Assembly: GCA_963822945.1 (NCBI GenBank)
Contig: CAWGJO010000043.1
Location: 1 to 55,106, forward strand
Direction of reading: 5' to 3'
Length of the DNA stretch: 55,106 bases
Source: an uncultured Gemmatimonadaceae bacterium
GTDB taxonomy: Bacteria; Gemmatimonadota; Gemmatimonadetes; Gemmatimonadales; Gemmatimonadaceae
Shown one piece after another: positions 51,419 to 55,106 of this stretch. The notes under the pieces were generated by a model, which was not told the DNA's origin, made no database searches, and saw only the letters and a program-made list of their open reading frames with translations. Numbering within the stretch: the first letter of the stretch is position 1; every line of letters starts with the position of its first letter. A program made the position numbers and the translations under genes.

Positions 51419-51972
51419 TCAAATCATTTCCCCGAGCCAAGGGAAACACAGAACGCAAATCCAGAAGAACAACAACCAGTGGATGGCCAAACTGGCTTTC
51501 CATTTCTCAGTCTTGCGAAAGTGCAGCCACGAGAGGGCAAGCGCACCGAGTACCAGGCCATTCACGGAGATGTACTTAAGGAGCAGATCCAAGCCCTGGT
51601 ACTGCATTCCATAATGCCACCCGCGTGCAAAGTACACGATACTTGCCGCCGTGACTCCGCGCAGCCAGAACTACCGTCTTCCGTGGATATAGGTTCTCGG
51701 CCCTCGCTATTGGCCTGCACCATACCCAGAACACCCCGGCAACCAACGTCGGATAGATGAGTGTGCCAATAGTCGTCCCAATATCGTACAAAGCGGTCGT
51801 CCGCTGAGCTTCACGGCAGCGTATAGCACCACCGTTCGAATGGCGCCACCGTCGCTAAGCCGATGATCCAACCGGGGACCGGCATCGGCGGCAAGAACGG
51901 GCTTACCGCCGCGAACCCCCAAAGGGTCAGGGAGGCGACGCCAACTGCGAGATGTCGTTTCTTCCCCGTCAT
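51419..51972 (-). pseudogene. Membrane protein cassette gene broken into several frames
   Basis: Hydrophobic ORF pieces 51419-51637 and 51576-51791, plus an upstream ATG at 51972. Confidence 0.45.
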
Positions 51973-51990
51973 CGGAACACCGTTGGTGCC

Positions 51991-52101
51991 GTCTAACGCC
52001 GCGGCGCTCTGCTGCGGCGTTCCATAATAATTGCGGCCAGCGAGCGCAGCGAGCCGGCCGCTTCCCTAGCCCCCGCCGGCGGCAGCAGCGCCTCGTTAGG
52101 C
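51991..52101 (-). repeat. attC, long family
   Basis: gtctaac...gttaggc. Confidence 0.92.
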
Positions 52102-52357
52102 AGCGGCCGCGCATCGCTTCACGGAACGCGCGCCGCAGTCACTACCAGGAACAGATCGCAATGACCACTCACGACTGACTAGGCCACGCCCGGATGACGT
52201 CGCCACGACGGCAGCGGCCACACGGCAATCGTCGACCGACCACGATGCCCGCTGCGGCAGAATGCAGAACGATCTCGCGGTCGGGTCTAGGAGGGCTCGA
52301 CGAACCGATCGAAGCGGCCGACTCGCGAAAGAGTGTGGACACCGCGGACGATTCAAC

Positions 52358-52468
52358 AGCCAACGCACCGCGCGCGCTCTGCGCGATGCTATGCATGACT
52401 GCGGCCAGCGAGCGGAGCAAGGCGGCCACCACACTCGACGAGGTGTCCGCAGCAACGCCTCGTTATGG
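52358..52468 (-). repeat. attC, long family (strongly degenerate)
   Basis: agccaac..gcgctctgc..gcggccagcgagcg..cgcctcgttat. Confidence 0.7.
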
Positions 52469-52735
52469 ACGATGTGACCCGCCGAAATGCCTGCGCGCGA
52501 TCGCTGCCGGCCGTGTACACAGGATCCGCGCACCTGTGGCACCCCAACGAACGCTTCCATCGCGACGATGGCCGCACGGAGCCTCGGCAGACCGGAAACA
52601 CTCGCCATCGAGCGAATGGGCGCGCCATCGCAAGAACGCGCCCGCAGCGCGAGTCTCGCAACCAGCGCAGCGATCGCGTAGCGAGGTCTGGCGCCCCGGA
52701 TGCTTCCCTATTCGACCGTCTGGACACTCGTGCCT

Positions 52736-52846
52736 GCCTAACGCCGCGGCGCTCTGTTGCGGCGTCCTATCATAATCGCGGCCCGCGAGCGCAGCGAGCC
52801 GGCCGCTTCCAAAGCCCACGCCGACGGCAGCAGCGCCTCGTTAGGT
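52736..52846 (-). repeat. attC, long family
   Basis: gcctaac...gttaggt. Confidence 0.92.
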
Positions 52847-52902
52847 GGCCGGAGCGCCGACTGGCTCCCTCACCCAACTGGTTACCCCATCGGATTGCTC
52901 AG

Positions 52903-53466
52903 TCACTTGGGCCACGCGTATCCAATTCCAGCTCGGCTGCCGGTGAGGAATGGTTCGCGGTCAACGGGTTGTGTGAACTCGCTCTCGACGACTCCGATTC
53001 GCTCATTGAGCATGCCAAGATTGTAACTGGAACGAATTCGCTGGATCAGCGACGACTGAGCCCGGCGAATACGTACTCGCCCCATTGTTCTCCCGACTAT
53101 CGACCGCGACAAGGATATACAGGTACACGCGGTGAAAGCCCAACTCGGCGAGGCGGTTCGCCGACCAATGCCCTCTTGAAGGTTCGCCAAGCCGTTGGGC
53201 TCTCCAGTCCGAAACGCCGACGCTCCAACCTTAATTCTCTTGACTTCGACAGCGATCGCCTTCTCTGGTGCGTCGGGCGGGACGATCAGCATATCAACGT
53301 CACCCGATGGACGCCCCCGTGTACCGTGCGGCAGGGAGCGCCGCGGCAAGATTGTCGAGTCGTGCGGGGTGTCCGGCGGCAGGCCAATGAGTTGGCGCCA
53401 ACGCGGGTCTGCCACGATTCGGTCAACGAACTGGGCTTCGGTGATATTGGCGATTGACGGTTCCAT
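52903..53466 (-). CDS. Hypothetical protein with PD-(D/E)XK-like motif (possibly frameshifted)
   Basis: GDVDMLIV...AIAVEVKR. Confidence 0.5.
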   Translation of the reverse strand: MEPSIANITEAQFVDRIVADPRWRQLIGLPPDTPHDSTILPRRSLPHGTRGRPSGDVDMLIVPPDAPEKAIAVEVKRIKVGASAFRTGEPNGLANLQEGIGRRTASPSWAFTACTCISLSRSIVGRTMGRVRIRRAQSSLIQRIRSSYNLGMLNERIGVVESEFTQPVDREPFLTGSRAGIGYAWPK

Positions 53467-53473
53467 GTGGTCC

Positions 53474-53583
53474 ACCTAACGCCGCGGCGCTCTGCTGCGG
53501 CGTTCACAATTATGGCGGCAGGCGGCAACCGGCGACCAGCCGCTTCCCTAACCCACGCCGCTGGCAGCAGCGCCTCGTTAGGC
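53474..53583 (-). repeat. attC, long family
   Basis: acctaac...gttaggc. Confidence 0.9.
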
Positions 53584-53879
53584 GGCTGGTGGGCAGGATT
53601 GGCCCGCGTCCAAGGAGCGCCTTCGCAGTAACGACCGGGCCGCGCACCGTGATCCGGAACCTCACGAATTGGGGACGCCAGTGAGACTTGGCTTGTTCCA
53701 GATGAGCATCTTCTTTGGGTACGCCACACAGTCCGTCAAGACAGATACGCCGAACCGCACCTTCCATCACCGTCCTCACAAAGACTCGGCATCGTTGAGG
53801 TCACCGCCTAGTTGGACCTGCAACTGAGACTGACCATCGATAACCGTGTCGATAGTGGCAGGTTAGTCTGGCGAGTTCC

Positions 53880-54167
53880 TCACGGATAGAGGTGTATTTT
53901 CGCTTCTGCCAAGTTCCGTGCCGGCAGCAAGCCGATGAGGTCGATGGCCCCAGTCCTCGAATGTGCTTCGCGACCGTTACGAACGTGTTTCATCGCCTCT
54001 TGCTGCCACGCGCACCTCGGCACCCTCCATGCCCAGATCATGGAGGGTCTTAATGCGAGGAAGAGCGCCCCTACAAAATCCAGAGGTCGCGGAGGCGCTT
54101 TCCCCGGAGTGTAGAACCAAACCAGGAACGCGACCACGAAGACGATGGCGACAACCAGAATCCTCAC
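53880..54167 (-). CDS. Membrane protein fragment in cassette
   Basis: Two hydrophobic segments; does not fill the cassette. Confidence 0.4.
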   Translation of the reverse strand: MRILVVAIVFVVAFLVWFYTPGKAPPRPLDFVGALFLALRPSMIWAWRVPRCAWQQEAMKHVRNGREAHSRTGAIDLIGLLPARNLAEAKIHLYP

Positions 54168-54240
54168 TGTCTCTTCCCAGTTCTAATGGTGCGCGGAATC
54201 ACCCGCCTAGTGACTCAACGGTCCGACACGCTGGCAGCAC

Positions 54241-54351
54241 GCCTAACGCCGCGGCGCTCTGCTGCGGCGTTCTATCATAATTGCGGCCAGCGAGCGCAGC
54301 GAGCCGGCCGCTTCCCTAGCCCACGCCGTCGGCAGCAGCGCCTCGTTAGGT
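54241..54351 (-). repeat. attC, long family
   Basis: gcctaac...gttaggt. Confidence 0.92.
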
Positions 54352-54570
54352 TGACGCATCGCGAGCCCTGGTCGCCGCCTTCTCGCCACGCGCGATACGA
54401 ACGATCTGGGTGCCATTCACCATAGCGGCCAGCCCGATGACCACGCCGGCAATGCGGCCCCCGGGCGATCGTAGGCCGAAGACGCCAAGCGCGCCAGCAA
54501 CCACTGCGGTAGCCCCTAGCAGGCTCAACACCACTCGGCCCATCCGATCTCTACGCCGCGAAGTAGTCAC
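54346..54570 (-). CDS. Small two-TM cassette protein
   Basis: Stop TAA in R''. Confidence 0.65.
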   Translation of the reverse strand: MTTSRRRDRMGRVVLSLLGATAVVAGALGVFGLRSPGGRIAGVVIGLAAMVNGTQIVRIARGEKAATRARDAST

Positions 54571-54589
54571 GTCGGGATCTCCGGGTTCA

Positions 54590-54700
54590 ACCTAACGCCG
54601 CGGCGCTCTGCTGCGGCGGTTCATAATAGTTGCGGCCAGCGAGCGCAGCGAGCCGGCCGCTTCCATACCCCACGCCGCCAGCAGCAGCGCCTCGTTAGGC
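54590..54700 (-). repeat. attC, long family
   Basis: acctaac...gttaggc. Confidence 0.92.
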
Positions 54701-55087
54701 AGCCGAGGCACTCCACTTGACGGCATAGTCCTCGGCGAAGGCACCGGCCTGTTCGGCACCAGCAAAAGACCTATCGACCACCTTCCTCCAAGGACCTGGA
54801 CTGGTCAGCGGCTCAGTCGGCGCCGTGCTCACAGAGAGGATCCTTTCCTTGCCATCCCAATCGAATCGCATGACTTCTGGGCCGCTTGCGTTGTAGTCGC
54901 GCCGAAGCAAGGCTGCGGCGTACGCGTCCGCAGCAGGCCCTCGCTGAACCTCGAGAGTCCACGAACCAAAACTCCTCCAGTCGCAGTGAAGCACGGATAC
55001 GACCACGTCCCTGTCGGCGAGTCGCTTGGCGAGCCCGCAAAGGTAGTCAATGAATCCGACGAGCAATACGATGAGTCGAGGTGTCAA
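54695..55087 (-). CDS. Hypothetical cassette protein (start uncertain)
   Basis: Stop TAA within GCCTAAC R''. Confidence 0.6.
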   Translation of the reverse strand: MTPRLIVLLVGFIDYLCGLAKRLADRDVVVSVLHCDWRSFGSWTLEVQRGPAADAYAAALLRRDYNASGPEVMRFDWDGKERILSVSTAPTEPLTSPGPWRKVVDRSFAGAEQAGAFAEDYAVKWSASAA

Positions 55088-55106
55088 AGGCGACGACCAA
55101 TTGCTG

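Larger units (their letters stand above)
43289..55106 (-). mobile_element. Integron gene-cassette array (integrase not in window)
   Basis: 19 attC-like imperfect palindromes (RYYYAAC...GTTRRRY) separating co-oriented minus-strand ORFs; several stop codons fall in R''. Confidence 0.92.

Noticed and set aside
43289..54700. Repeat array as CRISPR or REP/MITE
   Set aside because: Repeats are ~110 bp, spacers are gene-sized with ORFs, all are in one orientation with attC boxes, and there are no cas genes.
1..55106. Integron integrase or attI in the window
   Set aside because: No ORF with tyrosine-recombinase R-H-R-Y motifs was recognised.

Overview
High-GC bacterial DNA. Gene content suggests a Gemmatimonadota/Acidobacteriota-like organism, which is inference only. 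The left ~11 kb holds an ECF sigma factor, a PKD/SGNH lipoprotein and a Ser/Thr kinase-TPR gene, followed by a frameshifted glutamate dehydrogenase and an APC-USP fusion. The dominant structure is an integron-type gene-cassette array on the minus strand from ~43.3 kb to the right edge. It has 17 copies of a ~110-bp attC family with an atypical 5/8-nt spacer geometry and an internal AT-rich -10-like motif, plus two canonical short attC sites. Cassette ends show cassette-specific R''/R' complementarity. Cassettes include an APH(3')-family kinase, BrnTA, a PD-(D/E)XK-like protein and several small membrane proteins. No integrase is in the window; if present it should lie to the right. The attC copies decay leftwards, with remnants at ~40.15 kb and ~23.9 kb. 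The 11-43 kb region is dense in cassette-type minus-strand genes, many with internal deletions, consistent with an eroded older part of the array. Two candidate cis-regulatory RNAs were also found: a conserved structured leader upstream of both ankyrin genes, and a leader-peptide/terminator attenuator upstream of a VOC gene. Many single-base frameshifts may be sequencing errors. All protein family calls come from motif recognition, not database searches.
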